From the UHGV virus genome UHGV-0125383: a DNA stretch of 29,406 nt; one strand, written 5' to 3'. The stretch is from a virus. Below are positions 9,379 through 17,289 of the stretch, one piece after another. Position 1 is the stretch's first letter; each line of letters starts with the position of its first letter. Both the position numbers and the translations under genes were made by a program. Below the pieces are notes generated by a model, which saw only the letters and a list, made by a program, of their open reading frames with translations, had not been told where the DNA came from and did not search any database.

Positions 9379-10374
9379 TTATGCCAGCACACCAATTGCA
9401 AGCGCACGATCGATAAAACGAAATATCAGCTCCAGCTGCGAGCCGTATTTCTCTTCAAATGCCACGGTATCCGCATGTAGCTCGTCGTGATGCTTTCTGC
9501 ACAAAGGCAACACCCAGAGGTCATGCGCTTTTGTCCCCATACCGCCCTGACCGTGGCCTATCAGGTGGTGCGGATCATCTGCCTGCTTACCACAGCAGGC
9601 GCACGGCTGGGCCTTCACCCAGCGCGTGTATTTCTCATTTTCCCAGCGTCTCCGCTTCGGGCGTAGCATGAAGCTTTCCGGCGATTCCGGATCAATCCTG
9701 AGTGTCAGTACCTTCTTCGCCTTCTCCTGCACAATGCTGGTGGCTGGTAACGAGGGCACAATATCGCTTTCTCGCATGACGGATTTCGGCTCTTCACCCG
9801 GTAGTCGCAGCGCTTTATGTGCAACGCTTTCCGGGATCACGTCACCCAGATCATTTCTGACCATCCACCAGCACAACTCCGGGAGAGTCAGAACATGCGA
9901 CTCTGGAAAACCTAAATCCGTACGGATGACTGACATGATCCAGGATACCAGGTTTTTGCTGGCTATACCTGCAAGCTGTTCCGTGTATTGTCCAGCGAGG
10001 GTGTGGTCGCAGTGCCAGCACAACCGGATGCTCCCTGGCTTATGCCGCATTATCGTAAAATTCTTGTCGTGCCATGTTGAATGGGGCCACTGGCATTCGA
10101 ACTTTTTGTTTAACCAGCCATCAAGCGAAGACAATCCACCAGCGCGTTGAATAACGCGCTGATTTTCAAATATCCCACTCATTACCGGATCGTCTGCCAG
10201 TGGCTGAACCGCTGCCGGCACATAACCAGTTTCGTAAGAGGCCATGCTTTCAGGTTCTGGCTCGAGTAAAACCCGACCGCGCATGAATAGCGGCATCAGT
10301 TCAGCGCCAGGACGGAAAAGCACAACCCCCATTCGATGGGCTATTTCAGGTGTTAGCAGTGCTCTCAACATCAC
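9379..10374 (-). CDS. DUF968-family phage protein (YdfU-like) with C-terminal HNH-like Cys/His motif
   Basis: 331-aa ORF. C-terminal ...CACCGKQADDPHHLIGHGQGGMGTKAHDLWVLPLCRKHHDELH resembles the conserved DUF968 region of lambdoid prophage proteins (memory). Confidence 0.6.
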   Translation of the reverse strand: MMLRALLTPEIAHRMGVVLFRPGAELMPLFMRGRVLLEPEPESMASYETGYVPAAVQPLADDPVMSGIFENQRVIQRAGGLSSLDGWLNKKFECQWPHSTWHDKNFTIMRHKPGSIRLCWHCDHTLAGQYTEQLAGIASKNLVSWIMSVIRTDLGFPESHVLTLPELCWWMVRNDLGDVIPESVAHKALRLPGEEPKSVMRESDIVPSLPATSIVQEKAKKVLTLRIDPESPESFMLRPKRRRWENEKYTRWVKAQPCACCGKQADDPHHLIGHGQGGMGTKAHDLWVLPLCRKHHDELHADTVAFEEKYGSQLELIFRFIDRALAIGVLA

Positions 10375-10643
10375 ACTCCACTTCTAGCAAACGTCGATTT
10401 TCGGAACTCTTTTTTTATTTTCTTGTTCCCACACAAGTGGAGGTAGAGAAGTGACAGTTCTCGGGATAAGTAACACTCACCGTCGATATACCTCACGGCA
10501 TCAGGATGTAAATCAATCCAATCTTTTGTTTCTTTAAGGGCAAGAAACTGCTCCTGACTGAGGCTGAAACCGCCATGCTGTGTTTTTTTAGCCTTATGAA
10601 TTGATGATGTGCCATAAATCCCTGGTTTTGACTGATTACCCAT
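10371..10643 (-). CDS. Hypothetical phage protein (90 aa)
   Basis: Track ORF; overlaps neighbouring genes by a few nt on both sides (coupled arrangement). No family recognised. Confidence 0.5.
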   Translation of the reverse strand: MGNQSKPGIYGTSSIHKAKKTQHGGFSLSQEQFLALKETKDWIDLHPDAVRYIDGECYLSRELSLLYLHLCGNKKIKKEFRKSTFARSGV

Positions 10644-11526
10644 GAACAGCCCCTCCAGCCAACTCTTTATCGTGGGTAAACTTACCGTTCCAGGTCACCT
10701 TCATCGGAAGCTTTCCTTTCAGGTAATTTTTGTACAGCCAGACAGCACCATCCCTGAGCAGAACAGGTTGATAGGTGGTAAAGCTGACTGCAGAGTTTGG
10801 TGAGACTTTCGTGCTTTTCTCAGTAAGGTATTTATCGCGAGCGTAAGAACGGACACGCCATTGAGCGCTGCGCCCTTCCGGATTGTCATCATAGAGCCAG
10901 TTTGCAGAGACCAGCCAGGCACTAATCTTACTGGTATTAACACCGTTGAGTCGTTTGCAGAACTGTACCGGAGAAAGCCCGTCGGTGAAGAGACTCTCGA
11001 GGTGTTCAATGTATTCAGCCTGCTGGTGAGTAATAGCCTCAGCCTGTTGCTTTGCTTCCATGGCATCAGCCCATGCACGGGCAAGCTTTATTGGGTCTGA
11101 GATATCGGGTAACGTAACGCCATAAACTTCGCGCATGCCAAAGTAATGATCTTCGAGTTGCTCAAAGAAGTCCCACGCCTGCTCTGTCTCAAGCATTTTC
11201 GCATGGTGCGATGCGCCGCGTTCAGTCCAGAGATATAAGCTGCGAGTTTTCGGGGAGATTTGCACATAGCTTAAAGAGTTGCGCAAATTTTCGACTTCTT
11301 CTCCCTCAATCCTGAAGTAGTGTTTACCCTCAATAAACCGGCTTTTGTTGCGATTAAAGTTATTCGTGATGTTTTGCGCGGTGGTGCTGTACCCAGCGGC
11401 AAGTGAATCAGTGGTTACCACTCGCTGATTGCGATAAGTAATCACCGGGACTGCGGAATTATTAACAGAAACGACAGATGTGGCGCTACCTTTGGGCGTA
11501 GCAAGGCCCATAACCTGGTTAGTCAT
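10636..11526 (-). CDS. ORF6N/Rha-type phage regulatory protein (antirepressor-like)
   Basis: 296-aa ORF; N-terminal region (VITYRNQRVVTTDSLAAGYSTTAQNITNNFNRNKSRFIEGKHYF...) resembles ORF6N/Rha-family domains of phage antirepressors (memory). Confidence 0.55.
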   Translation of the reverse strand: MTNQVMGLATPKGSATSVVSVNNSAVPVITYRNQRVVTTDSLAAGYSTTAQNITNNFNRNKSRFIEGKHYFRIEGEEVENLRNSLSYVQISPKTRSLYLWTERGASHHAKMLETEQAWDFFEQLEDHYFGMREVYGVTLPDISDPIKLARAWADAMEAKQQAEAITHQQAEYIEHLESLFTDGLSPVQFCKRLNGVNTSKISAWLVSANWLYDDNPEGRSAQWRVRSYARDKYLTEKSTKVSPNSAVSFTTYQPVLLRDGAVWLYKNYLKGKLPMKVTWNGKFTHDKELAGGAVHG

Positions 11527-11614
11527 ATTTTCTCCACTGTTTTAGTGCGAACGGGACTGCACTCCCGTTTCGCTTGCACCGGGTAACCATACCCTGAATT
11601 ACCCATGTTTTGCT

Positions 11615-12001
11615 CTAGCAAGATGATATTTTTTCCTCAAATTTCTTGATCGAGATCTCTACTCTTCCCCCTTTCACTACTGGCCCCCACTCCACCAGCA
11701 TTCTTTTTACCTGGCTGTCGTCTTCCCAGATCCCCGCATGGGTAAGAGCGTCGAACAGCGCTTTGTTGTAGTTATCCAGATCCCGGATCCGGTTGTCCGG
11801 CGGGAACAGGATTATTTCAACAGCCGCCGGTGACGATGACGGCTTCGGGAGCATGCGCAGTTGTTCAATGATTGCCGCACATGCTGACGACTGGAACTGG
11901 CGACCTTTGGCACTTATCAGGTGACGGCCGGCAAGCGGCCCCTTGTTCGGGGCGCGCCAGTACGTGTTCACACTTGGAGGAAACGGCAGCACAAGTTTCA
12001 T
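11615..12001 (-). CDS. rusA: RusA-family Holliday junction resolvase
   Basis: 128-aa ORF with the characteristic RusA motifs LPFPPSVNTYW, RDLDNYNKALFDALT and GIWEDDSQV. Confidence 0.9.
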   Translation of the reverse strand: MKLVLPFPPSVNTYWRAPNKGPLAGRHLISAKGRQFQSSACAAIIEQLRMLPKPSSSPAAVEIILFPPDNRIRDLDNYNKALFDALTHAGIWEDDSQVKRMLVEWGPVVKGGRVEISIKKFEEKISSC

Positions 12002-12318
12002 ACCCGGATCCCCTTGTTTTTGAGATAGGCGATTGCGCGGTCCTTCGCACCATCTTCACCATTCACAAGCGCATGCAGCAGGGAATCTGCATCAGCAGCG
12101 TTCTCCGGATCGTTGATGGCAATTCCCCGCGAGACACCACGCGTCAGGGTGATAGCCCCTTTCCTCTCCAGCGCGCGCAGATGATCCGCAGCGGCATTTG
12201 GCGAACTGCATCCCAGCAGTCCCGAAAGTTCTGTATTGGTTGGAGGATAGCCATGCTCGCGTTGAAAGCTGATCAGGGTATCCAGTACATGCTGCTGGCG
12301 AGCCGTTAAGTTCATCAT
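11998..12318 (-). CDS. LexA N-terminal DNA-binding domain protein (winged HTH only, no S24 peptidase domain)
   Basis: Track ORF 11998..12345. Probable start is the ATG at 12316-12318 (MMNLTARQQHVLDTL...), preceded by AAGGAGG and overlapping the C5-methyltransferase stop (ATGA). LTARQQHVLD...GYPPTNTELSGLLGCSSPNAAADHLRALERKGAI parallels the LexA DNA-binding domain (memory). The protein ends about 105 aa without a cleavage domain. Confidence 0.7.
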   Translation of the reverse strand: MMNLTARQQHVLDTLISFQREHGYPPTNTELSGLLGCSSPNAAADHLRALERKGAITLTRGVSRGIAINDPENAADADSLLHALVNGEDGAKDRAIAYLKNKGIRV

Positions 12319-14297
12319 GCTGCCTGTTCCTCCTTGCTCACACATAGCTCTGGCAGATTGGCGCGCACCAGCGCTTCAGCGAACGGTGGCGGGACTGCAT
12401 TGCCGCAGCGCGCCACTTGCTTATCTTTGGCGTACCGCTTGCCGCGATAATCCTGATCGATGATGTACCAGTCAGGGAAGCCCTGTGCGCGGTAAAGCTC
12501 GTGCGGCTGAAGCATACGCATACCGATATCGACGATGCGGTACGTTATCCCATCGATGTCGACCATCCCGGTGCATTCCTCGCCGCAGTATTCACGTAGG
12601 AACGCCAGCGCCTGCTGTGCGCGGTGTTCGTCGTAGTCTTCGACCGCCAGAGTGGTTTTGACTTCCCCGACATGCAAGCCGCCAGCCGTAACTGTCGGCA
12701 TTGGTTCACTCGTGGGCTGACCATCGCGACAGGTGCCGCGCAGTTTTACCAGGTGAGAAGCAACCACTGCATGGTGATCGACCGTCGTCACCGAGTGGAC
12801 TGGTTCATCCAGCCCGACGCCTGGCCCCGTATAGTTGCCGCCGTAATGCTTCGCCAGAAATGCGCTGGCCACGGCGAACTTGTTACCACCAGCGGTTACC
12901 GTCCCCAGCGGCTTTTCAAGCTGCAACACACGCGGGTCCTGCCCCGGCCTTTCGCCGTAACCCATCTGGATCAACGTTGGCGTCACCAGCTGTGAATGAC
13001 CGCCGCCGCCCGCCGTAATCGTCGCACTCGGCTCGTCTGCCCGGTGACCGATGCTGGCCCCAAACTGGCGAGCGATAACCGGCGCAACCAGACAGGCACG
13101 AGACTGTTTCAGGATGGTGTGAGCGGGTTTATCCAGCGGGCGCGGCTTTGCCTGGTACTCACTGCCACCATTACCAGCCAGGAACGGTGTAAGCGCGGCC
13201 TCAACGATGCCGAGGGCATGACCATTCCCGCCCGGGCGCCGTGACGTGCCGGCGGTGATTGTCGGGACTGGTTGTGTGACATCCTGCCCTGTCGCGCCTG
13301 TTCTGAACTTCGTCAGGTGCGGCACGGCAACCGCGTAACCATGCGTTTTGGTGATTGTCTGCAGCGGTTCTTCCAGCGACTGGCCCCGGAAGCAGTCGTA
13401 ATGCGTTTTGGTGCTGGTATGGTTGCACTTCACGATAAATGGCGACGCGCTGTCGATAACGAAGCGCTGAATACCGCGCGCAATGCGCTTGAGCGTATTC
13501 ACTGCCAGGGGCTTTTTGCGGTCGAAGATCGACAGCGCGGGAATGGTCCAGTCGATACACTCCGCAGCGGTGCGCCACGGCAACAGCTTGCCAGCCTGAA
13601 CCGCCGGTAACTTCGGATCCCCGTGTGTTGGCTCCGGCCACACTATCGGTTTCCCGTCACAGCGAATAACCATGAAGAAGCGTTTTCTGATCGTCGGCGC
13701 ACCGTAATCACAGGCGCGCAGTTCGCGATACTCAACGACATAACCCAGACCTTTTACCAGTCTGGCGGCGTCCTCGCTGTCGAGAGGAATACCCAGGAAT
13801 TCACAGCACTCCACCAGCGCCGGATGATCGGGAGAAATCCCCGTCGTTAGCATAGCGACGAAAGCCTGGAAGTTTTCGCCAACACGTTCAGGATCCGGGC
13901 GCATTTCACCAGCAAGAAGCGGCCCCCACGTTCTGAACTCTTCGACGTTCTCCAGCTTCATAACACGAGGCTTAACATCAAGCCCCCAGCGCAGTGTCAC
14001 CCAGGCCAGACCGCGTATCGCTTTTTCTACGGGCTTCGCACCTTTGGCTTTCGAAAAATGACGACAATCAGGACTGAACCATGCCAGGGCAACCGGTAAC
14101 CCACCCGTCGCCGCGCGCGGATCCACTTCAAATACTGATTCGCAGTAATGGAGCGTGTCCGGGTGGTTCGTCTTGTGCATCGCGATCGCGTTCTCGTCAT
14201 GGTTGATCGCGATATCAACGCTGCGACCAATCGCCATTTCAATACCTGTTGACGCGCCACCACCACCAGCAAAGTTATCAACGATAATCTCACGCAT
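12315..14297 (-). CDS. DNA cytosine-5 methyltransferase with expanded, internally repeated variable region
   Basis: 660-aa ORF with motif I FAGGGG, catalytic PC motif (FSPDCRHFS), ENV (KLENVEEF) and C-terminal GNAVPPP. The central region carries five similar modules (PTITAGTSRRPGG, SATITAGGGGHSQ, GTVTAGGNKFAV, HSVTTVDHHAV, MPTVTAGGLHVGE). Confidence 0.85.
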   Translation of the reverse strand: MREIIVDNFAGGGGASTGIEMAIGRSVDIAINHDENAIAMHKTNHPDTLHYCESVFEVDPRAATGGLPVALAWFSPDCRHFSKAKGAKPVEKAIRGLAWVTLRWGLDVKPRVMKLENVEEFRTWGPLLAGEMRPDPERVGENFQAFVAMLTTGISPDHPALVECCEFLGIPLDSEDAARLVKGLGYVVEYRELRACDYGAPTIRKRFFMVIRCDGKPIVWPEPTHGDPKLPAVQAGKLLPWRTAAECIDWTIPALSIFDRKKPLAVNTLKRIARGIQRFVIDSASPFIVKCNHTSTKTHYDCFRGQSLEEPLQTITKTHGYAVAVPHLTKFRTGATGQDVTQPVPTITAGTSRRPGGNGHALGIVEAALTPFLAGNGGSEYQAKPRPLDKPAHTILKQSRACLVAPVIARQFGASIGHRADEPSATITAGGGGHSQLVTPTLIQMGYGERPGQDPRVLQLEKPLGTVTAGGNKFAVASAFLAKHYGGNYTGPGVGLDEPVHSVTTVDHHAVVASHLVKLRGTCRDGQPTSEPMPTVTAGGLHVGEVKTTLAVEDYDEHRAQQALAFLREYCGEECTGMVDIDGITYRIVDIGMRMLQPHELYRAQGFPDWYIIDQDYRGKRYAKDKQVARCGNAVPPPFAEALVRANLPELCVSKEEQAA

Positions 14298-15168
14298 GGG
14301 TCACCCCCTGCATGCTGCTGGCAAGACCAGAGGCAACGGCAATGATCTCGCTGGTGGGCATACGTTCAAGCCATAGCTGATTGATATTGCCTTTCAGCTT
14401 GTTCTGCTGTGACTCAGTCAGGGCGTCAACGCCATCCACCTGGTTAAACACCAGACCAACCTCGAGAGGCCAGATACGCGACTCAACTTCTGGCAATACC
14501 AGCGGCGCAGTTGGCTGTACTGCTTCTTCCTGCCGGGCCTTACCAGCGGCAAATGTGACCAGCGACATAAACGCCTTCCCTTTTTCCTCCAGATCGGCAC
14601 GGCTGATGTAGCTGAAACGCTCACCGCGCCAGGACTTGTCGAACACGGCGATTGCACCAGCAAAAAATGCGCTGGTGGGCTTTTGCTTATCGTCCAAAGG
14701 AACAAACCACACAGGGAGATCGAAGCCAATGCGACCGCGAATAAACATGATGTGATCGGCATCTTCCGGCCACCAAGTTTCGCTCGGCGCGGCTTTTATC
14801 AGGAATACATAGCGACCACCCTTTTCGCGCTGGGCTGCTGCGTAATTCATAATGTGTGTCATGCCAGTGATCGCCTGCTTCTCGTGGTACTGCGAACGGC
14901 TATACGGTGGGTTGCCATAACCTGCGCCGCCAAGTTCTGCCAGACGTTCAGACCAGTCCTGCGTCAGCGCATTATCTTCGGCGGTGTACCAGACCGGACA
15001 CTTCGCGTTATCGTCGTCAGCAAACAGATCCAGAACCAACGGCCCGAATATTGCGTTGATCCCCCAAAACAACAGATCCGGAGTACGCCATTGATCGCCA
15101 ACCTCTTTCAGTTCGTGGGCTGGTTTACTGCGCAGTTCCGCCAGCGCCTGGCAATATTTGTTTATCAT
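14290..15168 (-). CDS. Phage Dam-type DNA N6-adenine methyltransferase
   Basis: 292-aa ORF with NPPY motif (GYGNPPYSRSQ); start overlaps the replication-gene stop (TAATG) and its stop region overlaps the C5-methyltransferase start by 8 nt. Confidence 0.8.
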   Translation of the reverse strand: MINKYCQALAELRSKPAHELKEVGDQWRTPDLLFWGINAIFGPLVLDLFADDDNAKCPVWYTAEDNALTQDWSERLAELGGAGYGNPPYSRSQYHEKQAITGMTHIMNYAAAQREKGGRYVFLIKAAPSETWWPEDADHIMFIRGRIGFDLPVWFVPLDDKQKPTSAFFAGAIAVFDKSWRGERFSYISRADLEEKGKAFMSLVTFAAGKARQEEAVQPTAPLVLPEVESRIWPLEVGLVFNQVDGVDALTESQQNKLKGNINQLWLERMPTSEIIAVASGLASSMQGVTHA

Positions 15169-16100
15169 TATCCCCTGAACCCCTTTGGAATTTTGGTATC
15201 AACCGGACCGAACTTCATTGGGTCATGTTTCTTTTCGCCCCAGCATTCACGTGGTGGACGCCCCTTCTTGTCCCAGCGGATCCCGCTTTGCAGATACCCC
15301 TCAAATTTTTTCGGGCCAAACAGTGTTTCAGGGCGCATGTACTGGTACTGCTCATCGTTACCGTTCCAGTGTTCGTGTTTCAGGTCGATCACCAGTTGCA
15401 TATCAGCGACGCTGTAACCTTCACGCAGACGTGCACGAATGTTTTCCAGCGAGGTTTTAGATTTCTGATACCGGGAGCCACTGACCTGGTTTAAATGGGT
15501 TAAAACCAGAATGGCGTTATCGGTGATCACAACCTCAGGGTCTGGTTGCGACGCAACCGGACAAGAAGGTTTTATGATCTGTTTGTGGTGATCTGAGTAA
15601 TGATCTGTATAGAGAATAGGTTCCGCGACTTCGCGGTTATGGTTCCGCGATTCTGCGTTTTCGGTTCCGTGATTCTGCGGAATAGGTTCCGTGACTTCGC
15701 GTTTCCCGTTCCGCGATTCTGCGGAATCCAGTGTTGTAGGGAATAAAGCCTCGATTAATGCCTCACCGTCGATACGGTAGTGCGTCTTTTTCGTACCGTT
15801 TACCTGCTTTTGCGCTTTATCAACAATTCCAGGTAACCAGCGAGTGCAAATCTTGTTTACCAGTCGCTGTACCTGGTCTTCACTGACTCCACGAATTTCC
15901 GCAGCTAACTCGCTGTGCTCTTTGTAGAACCAGCCATCCTTCAGGTCTGATTTCCCGGACCAGAAGACCAACTGGTTGAGAACTGCCCCCAAAGCATGCG
16001 CCTGCTGATCACCGGAAAAAAAATCAAGGTAAGGGACCGGGATTGTTATTGCGTTGCGCTGGCCCGACAGCGACTGAACGATTTCAAATATCTGGCTCAT
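15168..16100 (-). CDS. Replication initiation protein (lambda O-like role) with iterons inside the coding sequence
   Basis: 310-aa ORF. Contains five 17-bp iterons that translate to a repeated linker (ESRNGKREVTEPI / ESRNHNREVAEPI). C-terminal MRPETLFGPKKFEGYL resembles the conserved phage C-terminal domain seen in replication proteins (memory). Confidence 0.7.
   Translation of the reverse strand: MSQIFEIVQSLSGQRNAITIPVPYLDFFSGDQQAHALGAVLNQLVFWSGKSDLKDGWFYKEHSELAAEIRGVSEDQVQRLVNKICTRWLPGIVDKAQKQVNGTKKTHYRIDGEALIEALFPTTLDSAESRNGKREVTEPIPQNHGTENAESRNHNREVAEPILYTDHYSDHHKQIIKPSCPVASQPDPEVVITDNAILVLTHLNQVSGSRYQKSKTSLENIRARLREGYSVADMQLVIDLKHEHWNGNDEQYQYMRPETLFGPKKFEGYLQSGIRWDKKGRPPRECWGEKKHDPMKFGPVDTKIPKGFRG
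15619..15723. repeat. Putative replication origin: five iterons at exact 22-bp spacing within the replication gene
   Basis: GGTTCCGCGACTTCGCG (15619), GGTTCCGCGATTCTGCG (15641), GGTTCCGTGATTCTGCG (15663), GGTTCCGTGACTTCGCG (15685), CGTTCCGCGATTCTGCG (15707); each has internal dyad symmetry (CCGCGA / TCGCGG). Confidence 0.75.
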
Positions 16101-16239
16101 GATCGTCCTTTATCTCAGTAAACTTGCGCTGGAACTGTTCGAGCGGACTGAAGCATTCATGCTCATAGCCTTTGCGTAGGTAGATAACGCGGACGGGAAA
16201 ACCGTAGTGGTCTTTGAACCAGCGGTTAAGTTCTCGCAT
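16084..16239 (-). CDS. Hypothetical small protein (51 aa); alternative to the 98-aa track ORF 16110..16406 in another frame
   Basis: Hand-translated MRELNRWFKDHYGFPVRVIYLRKGYEHECFSPLEQFQRKFTEIKDDHEPDI; ATG at 16237-16239 preceded by AGGGGAA. Composition is protein-like, whereas the 98-aa frame is Arg/Ser-rich; however the 98-aa frame has better positional coupling to both neighbours. Unresolved. Confidence 0.3.
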   Translation of the reverse strand: MRELNRWFKDHYGFPVRVIYLRKGYEHECFSPLEQFQRKFTEIKDDHEPDI

Positions 16240-16402
16240 AAGGATTCCCCTCTACGGCGCCATACCCCCACAATTGCCATCGCCCGACTGTGGTTACAGG
16301 GAACCCAGCGGCCTGATACCATGCGCTCATACCGAAACATGATGTAACCCCGAACAGGGTATGCACGTAGTTGCGGTATGCGGTTCTTTACCGTTAAACT
16401 GT

Positions 16403-16957
16403 TCATGCGTTAGTTTCTCCACTGATACGACACGCCACGGCGCCCGGAGCTGCACACTCGCGGGCGTCACTCTTTTTCGGCGCACAAAAGACGCGAAAAA
16501 GCAGCGTTAAGTGTTCCTGCCATTTAGCCATCACCTGATAGCTGTTCTCTTCGATCTGCGCTCGTTCCTTCTCATCAATCACACCGTCGGCAGTTGCCTT
16601 GCGAACGTACTGTGAATGCTTGCCAATCCACTCGACTGACTCCATCAGGCGCTGGTTGATATCGCCGTTCTCAATCTCTTCAACATCAGCCAAAGGCACA
16701 AAAACACCGTTGGAGTGACGTGCGATAGCATTCGCAATATGGTTTGAGCCACCAGCTCTCTGTAACACCATTGCCCAGCCAAGCGGGAAGATCTGATCAC
16801 CATCAGCCCGAAGGCGGTTAAACAGTGCATTTTCAGTAACGCCCAACCACTCAGCAGCCTCGGCATAACCGCCAGGCAATTCGGTGATCGTCTTTTTGAT
16901 TGCGCCCACCAGCCAGGATGGTTGCTTATCAACTTTCCATTCCGGTTCATTTCCCAC
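16403..16957 (-). CDS. Phage early regulatory protein with HTH (CII-like / YdaT-like position)
   Basis: 184-aa ORF immediately downstream of the cro-like gene; contains an HTH-like segment (GYAEAAEWLGVTENALFNRLRADG). Family assignment is tentative. Confidence 0.45.
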   Translation of the reverse strand: MGNEPEWKVDKQPSWLVGAIKKTITELPGGYAEAAEWLGVTENALFNRLRADGDQIFPLGWAMVLQRAGGSNHIANAIARHSNGVFVPLADVEEIENGDINQRLMESVEWIGKHSQYVRKATADGVIDEKERAQIEENSYQVMAKWQEHLTLLFRVFCAPKKSDARECAAPGAVACRISGETNA

Positions 16958-17000
16958 GGCTTGTTCCTCTCTTCTGTGGTTATAAAAAACGAAATATTTG

Positions 17001-17201
17001 TTACTGTTTTGGATAAATGTCAGGACGAAGATCGGATTTGCTGATAATTCCAGAAGTGGTCTCTTCCAGCTTTTTAGCTAAGGAAAAACCGGCTTTTTTG
17101 TAACCATTAAAAACTAAGCGCAGGTAGCCAGGTGTTGACCCAACGCTTCCGGCTAAATCACCTTGTTGCTCTTTGGTTAAAGAGTCCCAATACTCTTTCA
17201 T
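17001..17201 (-). CDS. Cro-like HTH regulator (YdaS-like)
   Basis: Track ORF 17001..17273 is over-extended; the ATG at 17199-17201 is preceded by a perfect AGGAGG SD and gives a 66-aa product MKEYWDSLTKEQQGDLAGSVGSTPGYLRLVFNGYKKAGFSLAKKLEETTSGIISKSDLRPDIYPKQ. Divergent from the repressor gene across the operator region. Confidence 0.8.
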   Translation of the reverse strand: MKEYWDSLTKEQQGDLAGSVGSTPGYLRLVFNGYKKAGFSLAKKLEETTSGIISKSDLRPDIYPKQ

Positions 17202-17205
17202 GATA

Positions 17206-17283
17206 TGTACCTCCTGTGTACATATTACACGAAAGAAATGAACCATCAAGGTACTTGTACCACTGAGGTACACATTGTTTAAT
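17206..17283. promoter_or_regulatory. Immunity-region operators and divergent promoters (PR-like leftward, PRM-like rightward)
   Basis: Two 17-bp palindromes TGTACCTCCTGTGTACA (17206-17222) and TGTACCACTGAGGTACA (17256-17272), plus a weaker TGAACCATCAAGGTACT (17239-17255). Minus-strand TTGATG (17244-17249) and TAATAT (17222-17227) fit a PR-like promoter; plus-strand TTGTAC (17255-17260) and TTTAAT (17278-17283) fit a PRM-like promoter placing the cI ATG at the transcript start (leaderless). Confidence 0.65.
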
Positions 17284-17289
17284 TTACTG

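Noticed and set aside
9179-11100. Plus-strand ORFs 9179..9490, 9459..9671, 9626..10150, 10861..11100 and minus-strand ORFs 9222..9407, 10719..11084
   Set aside because: Antisense to or embedded within the Q, DUF968 and ORF6N genes; no independent support.
12417-15494. Plus-strand ORFs 12417..13850, 14155..14611, 14683..15417, 15185..15494, and minus-strand ORFs 13201..13641, 14027..14293, 14418..14762 overlapping the methyltransferase/rep operon
   Set aside because: All lie within or opposite the C5 methyltransferase, Dam and rep genes, which carry clear catalytic motifs; compositions are low-complexity. Treated as frame artefacts.
15619-15723. Possible CRISPR array (regularly spaced repeats)
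   Set aside because: Repeats are 17 bp at a 22-bp period with only about 5-bp spacers, lie inside a coding gene and encode a repeated peptide linker; this is an iteron/origin arrangement, not repeat-spacer architecture.
16110-16406. 98-aa track ORF as a confident gene call
   Set aside because: Composition (Arg/Ser-rich, low complexity) looks like wrong-frame translation despite good positional coupling; kept only as an alternative to the 51-aa frame.
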